From: an uncultured Chloroflexia bacterium
GTDB lineage: Bacteria > Chloroflexota > Limnocylindria > QHBO01
Assembly: GCA_963789435.1 (NCBI GenBank)
Contig: CAWBKO010000009.1
Coordinates: forward strand, 259,277-323,276
Direction: 5' to 3'
DNA: 64,000 bases
Every line of letters begins with the position of its first letter. Positions within the stretch are counted from its first letter, which is position 1. Under the pieces are notes generated by a model, which searched no databases, was not told the DNA's origin, and saw only the letters and a program-made list of their open reading frames with translations. Of this stretch, positions 42,480 through 54,128 are shown piece by piece. The position numbers and the translations under genes are program-made.

Positions 42480-42776
42480 TTATGCACACATGCGAACGAC
42501 CGCCGAGAATTGGCACCTCGGCGGTCGTTGCAGAACCCCCTGGCAGGGGCGGCACCCGGTCGAACCGGGAGCATGAATTGCGGAGTTCGCTACTTGACCG
42601 CGGTGGAGGAACTCCAGCACGTCGTCGTAGCGGAATCGACGGTCGCCGCGCTTGCAGACCCGGAAGAACGGGAGCTCGCCGCGGTCGCCAAGTCGCTTGA
42701 CGGTGTTGACGTGCAGGTGCAGCATCTCGGCGACTTCGGCCGCCGTGAGAAGCTTCCCGACCTCGTTCGTCATCAT
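42480..42776 (-). CDS. excisionase/MerR-like helix-turn-helix DNA-binding protein
   Basis: KLLTAAEVAEMLHLHVNTVKRLGDRGELPFFRVCKRGDRRFRYDDVLEFL. The C-terminal 35 aa are of doubtful authenticity. Confidence 0.55.
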   Translation of the reverse strand: MMTNEVGKLLTAAEVAEMLHLHVNTVKRLGDRGELPFFRVCKRGDRRFRYDDVLEFLHRGQVANSAIHAPGSTGCRPCQGVLQRPPRCQFSAVVRMCA

Positions 42777-42927
42777 TGGTGGTACCTGGTTCCTCGTGTG
42801 TGGGCACTCGGCCCGCGCCGCTCGCACCGGGCAGGTGCGGTGGGTTCGGCTCGTGATCGGATAGTAAGGTTGCGGTGCCCTCGCGCCCACCCGGTACGTT
42901 CGGTCCGGCGCAGGAGTACTTCCGTCG

Positions 42928-43877
42928 ATGAATCGTGACGATCGTGCTCCGGCGGAGATCCGGACCCTGCTCGACGAGCGGACGGCGGCACGCGCGGCCC
43001 GCGACTGGGAGTCGCGCCGATGCGCTCCGCGATCGAGATCGCCGCCCTTGGCTGGGAGGTCCAGGACGGCCCTCGCGGCTCCACGCGTCCGCCCGTTGCT
43101 GCCCGCGCGAGCCGACCGCCACCGGGTATGCGAACCCCGATGACCTGGCATCGCGTGCTCGATCAGCCGGCAACCGTTGCGGCGTCGGTCCAGGTCGTGG
43201 CGGAGGATCATCCCGACGACCTCCGACGCCTGCTCGACGGGCTCGCCGCGCATCCGCCGTCGGTGAGCTGGGAGCTGGTCGTGGTGGCAAACGCGCCGAG
43301 CTTCGAGCTGGAGCCGATCACCAGCGATCGCGCCGGCGGTCGAGCCCATCGGTGCTGCGCACGAGCGAGCGACTCGGTTGGGCCGATTCCCGCACGCTTG
43401 GCATGCGGCGCTCGCGCGGCGAGGTGACCGTCCTGCTCGACACGTCGATCGAGCCGACCGGCGACTTCCTCGTGCCGCTGCTCGCCGCGTTCGACGATCC
43501 CTCGGTCGGCATCGCCGGTGGATGGGGCGTCACGAGCGGCGACGGCCGCCAGTTCACCGATGCGCCGCCGGGCGAGGTCGACGCGGTCGAGGGCTACTGC
43601 CTTGCGGTGCGTCGCGCGGCGCTGCGCGCGGTCGGCGGCTTCGATCGACGCTTCCGCTTCTACCGCAACGCCGACCTCGACTTCAGCTTCGCCGTCCGCG
43701 ACGCCGGCTGGCGCGCCGTCCGCACGGAGCCGCTCCCGGTGGTCAGGCACGAGCACCGCGGCTACGCTGTCGCTGCCGGAGGCGGAGCGCGATCGGCTCA
43801 GCAAGCGCAACTTCTATCGCTTCCTCGAGCACTGGGGCGACCGACGTGACCTGCTGCTCGAGCGATCGGATCGGTGA
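42928..43877 (+). pseudogene. family-2 glycosyltransferase with an N-terminal CysRS-C-terminal-like motif; about four frame breaks (near 43017, 43040, 43335, 43765)
   Basis: IRTLLDERTAARAARDWE / ADALRD / IAALGWEVQDGPRGST (pattern of the extreme C-terminus of CysRS). ASVQVVAEDHPDDLRRLLDGL..ELVVVANAP / RTSERLGWADSRTLGMRRSRGEVTVLLDTS..GGWG / LSLPEAERDRLSKRNFYRF. Confidence 0.65.
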
Positions 43878-44182
43878 CGCGGCATCGGCTGCACGTCTGG
43901 CCGTGGCTCCGTCCGATCGGCCGGCTCATGCTGTCCGACTGGCTGGCGATCACCATCGGCAGCCGGATCTTCGCGTGGCGCCCCCTGAATGAAGCCGAGC
44001 TTGCGCACGAGCTCGCTCACGTCAGGCAGTGGTCCCGCTACGGGCTCGCCTTTCCGCTCGTCTACTTCGCCGACTCGCTCCGCGTCCGTCGCGCCGGGAA
44101 GCGCTGGTACCACGACAACGGCTTCGAGAAGGAGGCCCGCGACGCCGCCCGACGAGGGACGGCTCGTTCGACGAAGCGCTAG
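43874..44182 (+). CDS. small HExxH-motif protein (putative metallopeptidase-like, function unknown)
   Basis: GTG start overlaps the GT2 stop (GTGA). EAELAHELAHVRQWSRYG contains HELAH. Confidence 0.5.
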   Translation: MTRHRLHVWPWLRPIGRLMLSDWLAITIGSRIFAWRPLNEAELAHELAHVRQWSRYGLAFPLVYFADSLRVRRAGKRWYHDNGFEKEARDAARRGTARSTKR

Positions 44183-44498
44183 GCGCGATGGCCCTCCACG
44201 CAGGTGCAGCCCTGCGGCCCGACCACGGCGGCATGCCGATGCCCGCCGGGAGCTCGAATCCCTCGCCGGCGGCGAGCTCAACGGGCGACGCCTCCGGTCC
44301 CACGAGGAAGGTGATCGAACCTTCCGCGCAGATCAGGAGCTTCGTGGTGCCGTGCTCGTGGGCCGCATATCGGTCGCCCGGACCGTTGCTCCAGGCATGC
44401 GGCTCGACACCGGCCTTCCTCACGCGCTCGCGCGCAGCGGCGATGCCTCCCTCCCCGGCACGGTCGTCGGGAAACGGGAGAAGGGGCCGAGGGATCAC
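44179..44498 (-). pseudogene. cupin-domain protein; one frame break near 44235
   Basis: GTG start overlaps the upstream stop (GTGA). HAWSNGPGDRYAAHEHGTTKLLICAEGSITF..FELPAGIG, then HAAVVGPQGCTCVEGHRA-stop in another frame. Confidence 0.45.
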
Positions 44499-46252
44499 TC
44501 GAACAGGAACGCGGCCCGCTGGACCATGACGTCGCCATCGAGGCGAGCGACGCTCACGAGGCGATCGAATGGCAGGAGCCACGGTCTGATCTCGGACTGG
44601 TAGATCGCCGTCGGGGTCCCCCGTCTCGATCATCGGTCCAAGCGCAGACTCGAGCGCCTCGCGTGTGCCGGCAATGTCGAGCCAGGCGACGCCCGCGTTC
44701 TCGCTCCCGCCGAGCTCCGCGATCGCATCGGCATAGCGGGGTTGCGCCGCCAGCGAGTCTGTCTCGTCGAGGGCCAGGACCCGGCGGACGAAGGCGTCGC
44801 CGATGCCGATCAGGACCCGCTCGTCGGTGAGTGCGTACTCGACCACGACGCTGGTGGGCATCGGCTGCATCATCGCTGGATCCGCGTTCGGATCGTCCCA
44901 GCGAATCGAGGTCACGGTCACGCCATCGACCTCCTCTTCGCTCGACGGTGATCCCGCTGGTCGGGTCGAGCGCGCCGAGACCGGCGAAGGTCGCCAGCTG
45001 GCCAAGGCGTCGCTCGGCCGCGGCGGCGTCGTTCGGCACCAGCACGAGGCCACCGTACGGCTGGGTGCCGTCGTAGCCGATGGCGATCGCGCCGTCGCCG
45101 ATCCAGCTCACGAGCTCCTCGAGGTCGGCGCCGATGGCGGCCTCCGCCGTGCTGATCTGCTCCTGCGCCTCGGGAACGCTGGCCATCGCCTGCTTGATCG
45201 GCTCCACCACGGCGGCCCAGCCGGCCCCGAGATTGCCGCCCTCGCTGTAGTAGAGGACGTCGCCCGGGACCTCGGATGCAAAGCCGCGTTCGGCATTCTC
45301 CACGGCGAACGGGCCGGTCGGCGGATCGGCCGCGGTGTCGAGCAGGATGCTCTCGCCAGAGGCCGAGACGGCCATCGCTGAGCGGAGCGACTGGTGCTGC
45401 ATGAGGGACTCGAAGGCGGCCGCGATCTCCGGCGAGGCGCTGGCGGTCTCCGCGATCGCCTGGGCCATGAGGTCGGTCATGTCGATGGTGGCGAAGAAGA
45501 GCCAGTCGGCAGGCAGCGTCTCGGTGAGGCGTGTCATCTCGGCCTTCTCGGCGAGGGTTCCACTGCCCTCGGCCCTCGGTGTCGAGCGCGGACGCCACGG
45601 CGTCGGCATCGGTGCCGAACACGAGCTGGTCATCCGTCAGCGCGTATGCGCCGAACTCGGACCCCTCGATGCTCCGGATCGTGGTTCCCGCATGCTGCGT
45701 TTCCGTGAACGCCACGGACTCGTCCGCCTCCGCCAGCATCCGCTCGATTCCGGCTTCGGCGGCGCTCGCATCCGTGACCCCGAACAGGAAGATCATGGTC
45801 GGGACCTCGGGGATGGCCATCGGATCGGCCGGGACCGCCATCGCGGAAGCCGGCAGGTCGGTCATCGCAAACGCCACGTGACCGTCGAACCAGGGAGCGA
45901 CGTCTCCGGTCCAGCTGAACCCGACGCCCTCCGCCGCCAGCAGCTCGTCAAGCCGCTCGACCATCTGCGCGTAGAGGGGCCGCTCGAGGTCGACGCCCTC
46001 GATCGGCGGGAAGCGGCCGAGCAGCTCGCGGACGGCTTCGTCCTGCGCTGCCGACGGCTCGAGGCGCATCTCGAAGTACATCGCCGCATCGGCCGGGACG
46101 TAAGCGGCGCCGGAGCCAACCGGAGCCGCGCGGGTCGTCAGCAGGAAGCTCCCGGCGGCAACGCCGATCGCGACGGCCAGGACGCCAACGAGGCCAATGA
46201 CGGCGATTCGCCAGGCGGGCACCCCGGCGGTCGGTCGGACAGTAGCGGACAC
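44495..46252 (-). pseudogene. large membrane-anchored extracytoplasmic protein of unknown function (possibly DUF3352-like); three frame breaks (near 44575, 44950, 45560)
   Basis: GGGGAG before GTG. TM anchor WRIAVIGLVGVLAVAIGVAAGSFLL, then a long acidic Ala-rich domain traceable through three frames to ..VMVQRAAFLFE-stop. Confidence 0.55.
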
Positions 46253-46343
46253 GGTGCGTTCTCCCCTCGGTATCCGACGCTCGGCGGCCGGAGTGGCGCA
46301 AGGGTACCCCGCGCTCACAAGCCGTGCGTATCCCCCGATCGGC

Positions 46344-47149
46344 TCAGAGCCGCCCCCCACCTCCGGCGTCGCCGCTGATGCGCTGGGCGAGGTAGACCGG
46401 GACCGTCGAGACGAGGATGAGGACGAAGGCGACGACGTTGACGACCGGCAGCTCGGTGGGACGCTGGATGGCCGCGAGGATCCACAGCGGGATCGTCTGC
46501 GTCCCCGGACCTGCCGTGAAGTTGGTGACGATGACCTCGTCGAACGAGAGAGCGAACGCCAGCAGTCCGCCGGACAGCAGGGCCGTGCGCATCGCGGGGA
46601 GGGTGATCCGTCTGAAGGTCTTCCAGGTGTCCGCGCCCGAGATCGGCCGACGCCTCTTCTGGGCTGCGCGGCAGCCGCCGCAGGCGCGCGACGACGTTGT
46701 TGAAGGCGATGACGACGCAGAAGGTCGCGTGCCCGACGATGACGGTCAACAGTCCCAGGTCGATACCGACCGTCTGAAAGGTCGTGCGCAGCGCGATCCC
46801 GGTCACGACGCCCGGCAGGGCGATCGGGCAGGACGAGCAGGAACGAGATCGAGTCCCGCCCGAAGAAGCTGAAGCGCTGAACGGCGAGGGCCGCGAGAGT
46901 CCCCAGGATGAGTGCCACTCCGGTTGCCCCGCCGGCCGCGAGCAGCGAGTTCACGAGCGCGCGACGGATTGCCGGGTTCCCCGCGGCGGCCGCGAACCAG
47001 TCGAGCGTGAAGCCGGCCGGCGGCCACGCCTGGAGCCGGCTCGGGTTGAAGGCGTAGATGGCGAGGATGACGAGCGGCAGATAGAGGAAGGCGACCACCG
47101 CGACGGTCGCGAGCCTGAGCCCCATCCGCACCCAGTAGGACTCCGTCAT
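46344..47149 (-). pseudogene. spermidine/putrescine-type ABC transporter permease (PotC-like); two frame breaks (near 46605, 46810)
   Basis: LATVAVVAFLYLPLVILAIYAFN.. / [37 protein letters not shown] / [37 protein letters not shown]. Confidence 0.75.
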
Positions 47150-47159
47150 CGCCGCTGGC

Positions 47160-48110
47160 TCACAGCGATTCGAAGGCGCCAAGGCGGCGCGCGACCAGCA
47201 GGTACGAGACCATGATCACGATCGGGACGCAGGGAGTACGCGGCGGCGAGCGGCACGTTTCCGAGGCTCGAGTTGTCGTAGATGACGTTTCCGATGAACT
47301 TCGCATCGGAGACGAGGTCCGGGGTGATGTAGTCGCCCAGGGTGAGGGAAAACGTGAAGATCGATCCCGCGACGAGCGAGGGAAACGCGAGCGGAAGCAC
47401 CACCCGACGGAACGTCGTGCCGGCTCGGCCACCGAGGTCCGCCGACGCCTCGAGCAACCCCGGCGGAATGCGCTCCAGCCCCGCGTAGATGGGCAGGATC
47501 ATGTACGGCAGCCACAGGTAGCTGAGGACGATCCACGAGTTCGCGATCTCGCCCAGTCCGGGCGCACCGAGCCCGAATGGCGTCAGTGCCCAGTCGACGA
47601 TGCCGTTGCCCTGCAGGATCGTCCGCCAGGCGTAGACCTTGACGAGGTATGCCGCCCACAGTGGCATGAGGATGGCGACGAGGAGGATGCCCGCGCGTGC
47701 GGCGCGAGGCGACGCGGGCGATGTAGTACGCGATCGGGAACGCGAGCAGCGCGTCGGTGAGGGTGACCAGGGCCGCGATCGCGATCGTGCGAAGGGCGAT
47801 GGTGCGATAGACGCGGATTCGCGATGAGGTCGCCGAACGCATCGAGGCTCCACGAGAAGGGCTCGACGCGTCCGGTGAACGAGTCGGTCGACCAGAACGC
47901 GTTCAGCAGCAGGACCGCCAGGGAGCCCAGGTAGACGACCACCATCCAGGCCATCGGCGCTGCGAGCAGGAGACCGAGCTGCGCCTGTGGCCGGGCGTGC
48001 AGCCAGGTCGGCGACGCCGCCGAAGCTCGCCGGCGGAGGCCGGTGGGATCGTCTGCGAATGCGTCATGCGACGGAGAGTGCTCCCCGGAGGGCGGACCCC
48101 CGGGGAGCAC
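47160..48110 (-). pseudogene. spermidine/putrescine-type ABC transporter permease (PotB-like); about three frame breaks (near 47225, 47700, 47825)
   Basis: LLLAAPMAWMVVVYLGSLAVLLLNAFW / VYRTIALRTIAIAALVTLTDALLAFPIAYYIA / ILLVAILMPLWAAYLVKVYAW..EASADLGGRAGTTFRRVVLP / VPIVIMVSYLLVARRLGAFESL. Confidence 0.75.
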
Positions 48111-48143
48111 GTGCGTTCATGCGACGAGACGCAGGCACCCGGC

Positions 48144-49324
48144 TCAGCTGCCGCGCAGCGTCGTCCACGCGTCCACCCAGTCGTCCTGGGTCACGCAGGT
48201 CGTCGCATCGTCGTCGTCCGCGCAGTCCTCCTGCGGGGTGCTCCAGTACCAGACCTTGTCGTAGTACGCCTCGTCGGTTGCGTGCGTCTGGCTCGCAGTG
48301 ACCCGGGCGAGAGCGCCTCGGCTTCCTCGCAGGCCTGTGGGCTGGTCGGCGCCTCGCCGAACCAGACCGTCGCCTGGGCGTTCGCCTCCGCCGACATCAT
48401 GTGGTCCATCCACTTGTGCATGCAGTTCGGGTGGGCGGCGTCCTTGTACATCATCCAGGTGTCCGACCAGCCGGTCGAACCCTCGTCGGGCAGCGATCGC
48501 CTCGACCGGGCGCCGTCTCGTCGGCCTGCAGCAGGTTCACCTGGTACTGCCAGGTCGTGCCGACGACGACGTCGCCGGCCCGAACGAGCTCATCTGGTCG
48601 GACGAGGTCCCCCAGTAGAGCGGGCCGTTCGCGCCTGCTCGGTCGAGCAGCGCGATCGCCGCGTCGAACTGCTCCTGGTTGAGCTGATAAGGGTTCTCGA
48701 TGCCGAGGTCCGGCTGCGTGGTCATCAGGTGCAGGGCGGCATCGGCGATGAAGATCGAGGAGTCGTAGATGCTGATCTGTCCGGCGTAGTCGGCCGCGCC
48801 CTCCCAGATGATGTCCCACGAGGTCGGGGCTTCGGTCACGACATCGGTGTTGTAGGCGAGCAGATTCGGGCCGCGGCCGTGCGGCACGCCATAGTTCACG
48901 CCATCGACGGTGTTGTGCGGCAGGTCCTTCAGACCGTCGAACACGTTGGCATAGTTTTCGAAGATGCTCGTGTCGATCGGCGCCACGAGGTCGCTGGCGA
49001 TCAGGCGGGCGGTCGCGTCCCCGGACGCCGAGATGCCGTCGTACTCGCCCGACTGCATGAGCGAGACGCCGTTGTTCGAGTCGGTCATGTCGATGGTGTT
49101 GACGATGCAGCCGGTCTCCTCCTCGAAGGGGTTGACCCAGTCGTAGTCCTCACCACCCTCGACTCGCCGCGCTCGGCGTAGCCCGCCCAGATGATCAGGT
49201 TCAGCTCGCCTTCGCCCTCGCCGATCTCCGTGATCGCGCTGGCGGATGGCCCGCCGCTGCTTCCGCAGGCGGCGATCAGCATGCCGAGCGCGACCGTGAA
49301 GGCCGGAATCCGCAGTTGCCTCAT
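48144..49324 (-). pseudogene. polyamine-type periplasmic binding lipoprotein (PotD/PotF-like); about four frame breaks (near 48300, 48520, 48590, 49150)
   Basis: MRQLRIPAFTVALGMLIAAC lipobox; ELNLIIWAGYAE / DYDWVNPFEEETGCIVNT..GVPHGRGPNLLAYN / AGDVVVGTTWQYQVNLL / WSDTWMMYKDAAHPNC.. / ..DDWVDAWTTLRGS-stop. Confidence 0.75.
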
Positions 49325-50489
49325 GGGCTTGTCTCTTCCTCCATCTCCCCCATCAGTTCCTCGCTCTTCGCGAGGCTCAACACGTGATGACGCTTCCAGA
49401 TCAGCCGCACCGCGCGGCCCTGCGCGGAAAGCGCTTCCATCGATGATGTCCGCAGGTTCTGCTCGGTGACGACGAGCTCGCCGCCTGTCTCGAGGGTCAC
49501 GATGTAGCGGGTGTCCGGGCCAAGGTAGACCACCTCGCGCACGGTACCGAGCGCCGAGCCCTCATCGGCTTCGGGCGACTCTCCGGGGGCGGCGAGCCGG
49601 ATCTTCTCCGGACGGACGGTGAACGACCCCGTCGCTGCCGATGACTTCCCGCGCCGTGTGGTCCTTCAGCAGGTTCGAGGTGCCCACGAAGCCGGCCACG
49701 AACGTGGTGGCCGGATGCTCGTAGACATCGGCAGGGGTGCCGACCTGCTCGATCCGCCCCTGGTTGAAGACGGCCAGGCGGTTGCTCATCGTGAGCGCCT
49801 CCTCCTGGTCGTGCGTCACGTAGATGAAGGTGATGCCGACCTGCGCCTGGATCGCCTTCAGCTCGATCTGCATCTCCTCGCGAAGCTTCAGGTCGAGCGC
49901 GCCGAGCGGCTCGTCGAGCAGGAGCACGCGCGGCCGATTGACGAGCGCCCTCGCCAGAGCGACGCGCTGGCGCTGGCCACCGGAGAGCTGGCTCGGGTGG
50001 CGCTCCTCGTAGCCATCCAGCCGGACCATGCGAAGCGCCTCGGTCACCCGGCTTCGACGCTGCTCGGCAGGAACCTTCCGCACCACCAGCCCATACCCGA
50101 CGTTGTCTCCGACGCTCATGTGCGGGAAGAGCGCGTAGTCCTGGAAGACGGTGTTGACGTCGCGGTCGAACGGCGGCACGCCCGTGACGTCGCGGCCGTG
50201 GAGCAGGATCCTGTCCCTCGCTTGGGGCTTCGAAGCCGGCGATCATGCGCAGGGTCGTGGTCTTCCCTGACCCCGATGGCCCGAGCATGCTGAAGAACTC
50301 GCCGTCGGCGATGTCGAGGTCGATGCCTGCCACCGCGACCACGTCGCCGAATCGTTTGGCGATCCCTTCGAGCCTCACGGCCGGGGCGGCGGCATCGCCC
50401 GCGGGGGCTGTCCCGATCCCCGGATTCGACTCGACTGCCAAGGGCGCACCTCGCGTCGAACGGCCTGCCGCGCCGCTCGGTCGGCGCAT
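49321..50489 (-). pseudogene. polyamine-type ABC transporter ATP-binding protein (PotA-like); two frame breaks (near 49625, 50210)
   Basis: [18 protein letters not shown] / [49 protein letters not shown] / TOBE-like tail. The stop overlaps the potD-like ATG (ATGA). Confidence 0.8.
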
Positions 50490-50693
50490 GGAACCGGCCG
50501 TTCGGTGCCGCCCGCACTATCGAGTTTGCAGCGTTCGGGTGTCAAGGGCCGATCACGCGCATTCCGCCAGCGCGTTCGGCGAGAACGACGGGATCCGTGT
50601 TCTCTACGGTCCTCGGGCACGGGATTCGGCCGACTTCGGCGTGGATTGCGCTAGAGTCGCGGTCACCCACTCGCTGCCCGCAACGAGGTGCCG

Positions 50694-51527
50694 ATGCCAC
50701 CCTCCGGAATCGCCGCCGGCGTCCTCGCCGCGCTGTCGTTCGGTGCCGGCGACTTCGCCGGTGGGGTTGCGGCGCGCCGCGCCGGTGCGCTTGTCGTGGT
50801 TGCGGGAACGCACTTCACCGGCCTGGTCGCCCTGCTCGTCGGGCTGCTCCTGCTGCGCCCGCCGCTTCCCGATCTCGGTACGTCACTGATCGGTGTCGCG
50901 GCCGGCGTGGCAGGGGCCGTCGGGCTTGCCGCGCTCTACCGGGGCATGTCGCTGGGATCGATGGGGCTCGTCACCTCGCTGAGCGGCGCGGGCTCGCTCG
51001 CCATTCCGCTACTCGCAGGCGCCGTCCTGGGAGCGGTGATCACGCCCCTGCAGCTCGTCGGCGTCGCGTGCACGGCGGCGGCAGCGGCGGCCGCCGGCGG
51101 GGCGTCGAAGGACGAGGTCGGCCGTCGCGCGCTCCTGCTCGCCGGGGCCGCCGCCATCGGGTTCGGTGGGTGGTACGTCCTCCTCGACCTTGCAGCGCGC
51201 GGTGGCGATCCGCTGTGGGCCCTCGTCTTCAGCCGCGCCACCTCCGCGACGCTGACGGGGGCAGCCGCGCTCGGACGCTTCGAGCGCTCGCGGTTCCCCG
51301 TCCGAATCGTCGTCGCGGCAGGGCTCTGCGATGTCGGCGGCAACGCGTTGTACGTCATCGCACGCGACGAGATCCCGATCGGCCTGGCGGCCGCCCTCAC
51401 CGGGCTGTATCCGATCGCCACCATGATCCTGGCGCGCTTCGTCCTCGGCGAGCACCTGCCGCGTCTCGGCCAGGTCGGCGTGGCGCTCGCCCTGCTCGGC
51501 ATCGTGCTCATCTCGGCCGGCGGGTAG
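50694..51527 (+). CDS. EamA/DMT-family transporter
   Basis: Intact. Ten hydrophobic segments, two EamA-like halves (GDFAGGVAARRAG.., GNALYVIARDEIPIGLAAAL). Confidence 0.75.
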   Translation: MPPSGIAAGVLAALSFGAGDFAGGVAARRAGALVVVAGTHFTGLVALLVGLLLLRPPLPDLGTSLIGVAAGVAGAVGLAALYRGMSLGSMGLVTSLSGAGSLAIPLLAGAVLGAVITPLQLVGVACTAAAAAAAGGASKDEVGRRALLLAGAAAIGFGGWYVLLDLAARGGDPLWALVFSRATSATLTGAAALGRFERSRFPVRIVVAAGLCDVGGNALYVIARDEIPIGLAAALTGLYPIATMILARFVLGEHLPRLGQVGVALALLGIVLISAGG

Positions 51528-51658
51528 GGGCCGTCCGGCGACACCAGTAAGCGGGTGGTAAGCGGGCGGTAATGCTCGCTGGCGTCTCATGCCACCGGTG
51601 CGCAGATCGCGCGGCACCGGATCCGCGCGGTGCGCGCCGGTCGCACGAGGAGATCGCC

Positions 51659-51784
51659 ATGATCCGCCGCCTGCTCCATCACCCCTTCGTCTGGTCCCCG
51701 ATCCTGGCCGCCGCCGCCCAGCTCGTCCTTGCCGCCGCGGTCGCCGCCGTGTCAGGTGGAGGGGACTTCCCCGTGCGGCGCTGA
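51659..51784 (+). CDS. 41-aa hydrophobic peptide (hypothetical)
   Basis: AGGAG 7 nt before the ATG. MIRRLLHHPFVWSPILAAAAQLVLAAAVAAVSGG. Confidence 0.25.
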   Translation: MIRRLLHHPFVWSPILAAAAQLVLAAAVAAVSGGGDFPVRR

Positions 51785-51846
51785 TCACCGCGGCGGCGCT
51801 AGAATGGCTCGCCCGCCCGGAAAGCCAGCGAGTCACCTATCGCCGC

Positions 51847-54128
51847 ATGACCTGGGATCGCGTCGCCATCGTCGAGCAAGGGCTCGACAGCTTTCTCGAA
51901 ACGGCGCGGCCGGCGCCGCACCGGCTGGCCCCGATGCCCCGCTGCGGGAAGGCGCCGAGCTCACGGCGCGCGCGCGCCTTCGCCCTGTTCGAGGACCAGC
52001 TCGCCTCGCGCCAGCTCGACGTCGCGGCGCGTGAGCTGAAGAAGACCAACCGCAGCTTCTACACCATCGGCTCGGCCGGACACGAGAACAACGCCGTCGT
52101 CGGGGCGCAGGCTGCGGATCGACGATCCGGCATTCCTGCACTATCGGTCGGGTGCCTTCATGATGGCGCGCGCCCGCCAGCTGCCGGGAAGCACGCCGAT
52201 CCTCGACACGCTGCTCGGGGTGGTCGCCTCCAGCGAGGATCCGATCAGCCAGGGCCGTCACAAGGTGTGGGGCAGCCGGGCGCTGTGGGTGCCGCCGCAG
52301 ACGAGCACCATCGCCAGCCACCTGCCGAAGGCGATGGGCCTCGCCTTCAGCCTGTCGCGCGCGAAGCGCCTCGGCGTGGCGAACGGCCTCCCCGGCGACG
52401 CGATCGTGGCCTGCTCGTTCGGCGACGCGAGCGCGAACCACGCGACGGCGCTCTCGGCCATCAACACCGCCCGCTACGCGGCACGCCTGGGCCTGCCGAT
52501 GCCCCTGCTGCTGATCTGCGAGGACAACGAGACCGGCATCAGCGTGCCGACTCCCGAGGGCTGGATCGCGGACACGTTCGGCAACGCAGCCGCACCTGGC
52601 GCTACTTCCTGGCGGACGGTGAGATCGACGAGATCTGGGGCGCCGTCGGCACGCGCCATCGAGCACGTGCGTCAGACCCGGCGGCCGGCGTTCCTCCACC
52701 TCCGAACCGTGCGTCTGTGGGGCCACGCCGGCAGCGACGCCGAGCAGACCTACCGCCCGCTTGCCGAGATCGAGGCGGTCGAGGCGCGCGACCCGCTCCT
52801 GCGAAACGCACGACGGCTGTTGGAGCCGGGCGCCGCCGACCCGGAGATGCTCAGGGACCTCGTGCGCGAGACGCGCCACCGCGTGCTCGCGGTGGCCGAG
52901 GAGGCGACGCGCCGGCCGCGGCTGCAGACCACGGAAGAGGTCGTCGCGCCGCTGGCGCCCGATCACGCGGAGCGCGTGGCGGTGCGTGCCGCGATCCCGG
53001 TCGCCACCCCGGACGAGCGAGCCGCATCGTTCGGCGCCACGCTGCCGGAGGCGGCGACCGCGCCCACCAGCCGCACCCTGGCCGGCGCGATGAACGCGGC
53101 GCTGGCCGACGAGCTGCTGCCGGCGACCCGAGCTGCTCATCTTCGGCGAGGACGTGGGGCGCAAGGGCGGCGTCTACAACGTCACGAACGGCCTGCAGAA
53201 GCGGTTCGGCCAGGCGCGCGTGTTCGACACGCATGCTCGACGAGACGAGCATCCTCGGCATCGCGCAGGGCGCGGCGCACATCGGCCTGCTGCCGGTCCC
53301 GGAGATCCAGTACCTCGCCTACATCCACAACGCGCTCGACCAGATCCGCGGCGAGGCCGCGACGCTCCAGTTCTTCAGCTCCGGCCAGTTCCGGAACCCG
53401 ATGGTGGTGCGCGTCGCCGGGCTCGCGTACCAGAAGGGCTTCGGCGGGCACTTCCACAACGACAACTCGATCGGCGCCCTGCGCGACATCCCCGGGCTCG
53501 TGATCGCCACGCCGGCGCGCGGCGACGATGCGGCGCGCATGTTCCGCGGCGCGGTCGCCATGGCGATCGAGGATGGCCGGGTCGTCATCTTCCTGGAGCC
53601 GATCGCGCTCTACCACGAGAAGGATCTGCACGCCGACGGCGACGGCGGCTGGCTGACCGATTACCCGCCGCCGCCCGAGGCGCTGCTGCCCGGCGCGGTC
53701 GGGCTGTACGGAGCGACCGAGGAGGACGCCGACGTGCTGCTCGTCAGCTACGCGAACGGCCTGCGCCTGAGCCTCCAGGCGGCGAAGACGCCTCGCCGAG
53801 CTTCACGACCTGCGCGCGCGCGTGCTGGACCTTCGCTGGCTGAACCCGCTGCCGACCGATGCCATCCGCTCGCACGCCACCGATGTCGGGACGGTCGTCG
53901 TGGTCGACGAGTGCCGCGCGACCGGCGCGCGGCGTCGCCGATGCGATCGTCGCCGACCTCGCCGAGCAACGAATCGGCCGCCGGCTGGCGTCGATCCGCG
54001 CCGTCGATTCCTTCGTGCCGCTCGGACCCGCGACGTCGGCCGTGCTCGTCGGGGTGGACCAGATCGTGGCCGCGTCGGTCGCCGCGGTGAAGCGCCGCCG
54101 ACGTCACGCGGCGGGCGCGCGATCGTGA
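51847..54128 (+). pseudogene. TPP-dependent 2-oxoacid dehydrogenase E1 component, fused alpha-beta; seven to nine frame breaks
   Basis: Alpha part: SRQLDVAARELKK..YTIGSAGHE / FLHYRSGAFM..PQTSTIASHLPKAMGLA..FGDASANH..LLLICEDNETGISVP. Beta part: [17 protein letters not shown] / [42 protein letters not shown] / [10 protein letters not shown].. Breaks near 51935, 51975, 52120, 52590, 52645, 53125, 53235, 53790, 53925. Confidence 0.75.

Noticed and set aside
42480-42776. The excisionase-type HTH gene (together with the tRNA at 58.1 kb) as a marker of a prophage or integrative element.
   Set aside because: There are no integrase, recombinase, phage structural, conjugation or toxin-antitoxin genes anywhere in the window, and I noticed no flanking direct repeats. 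The neighbours are ordinary metabolic, transport and glycosylation genes.
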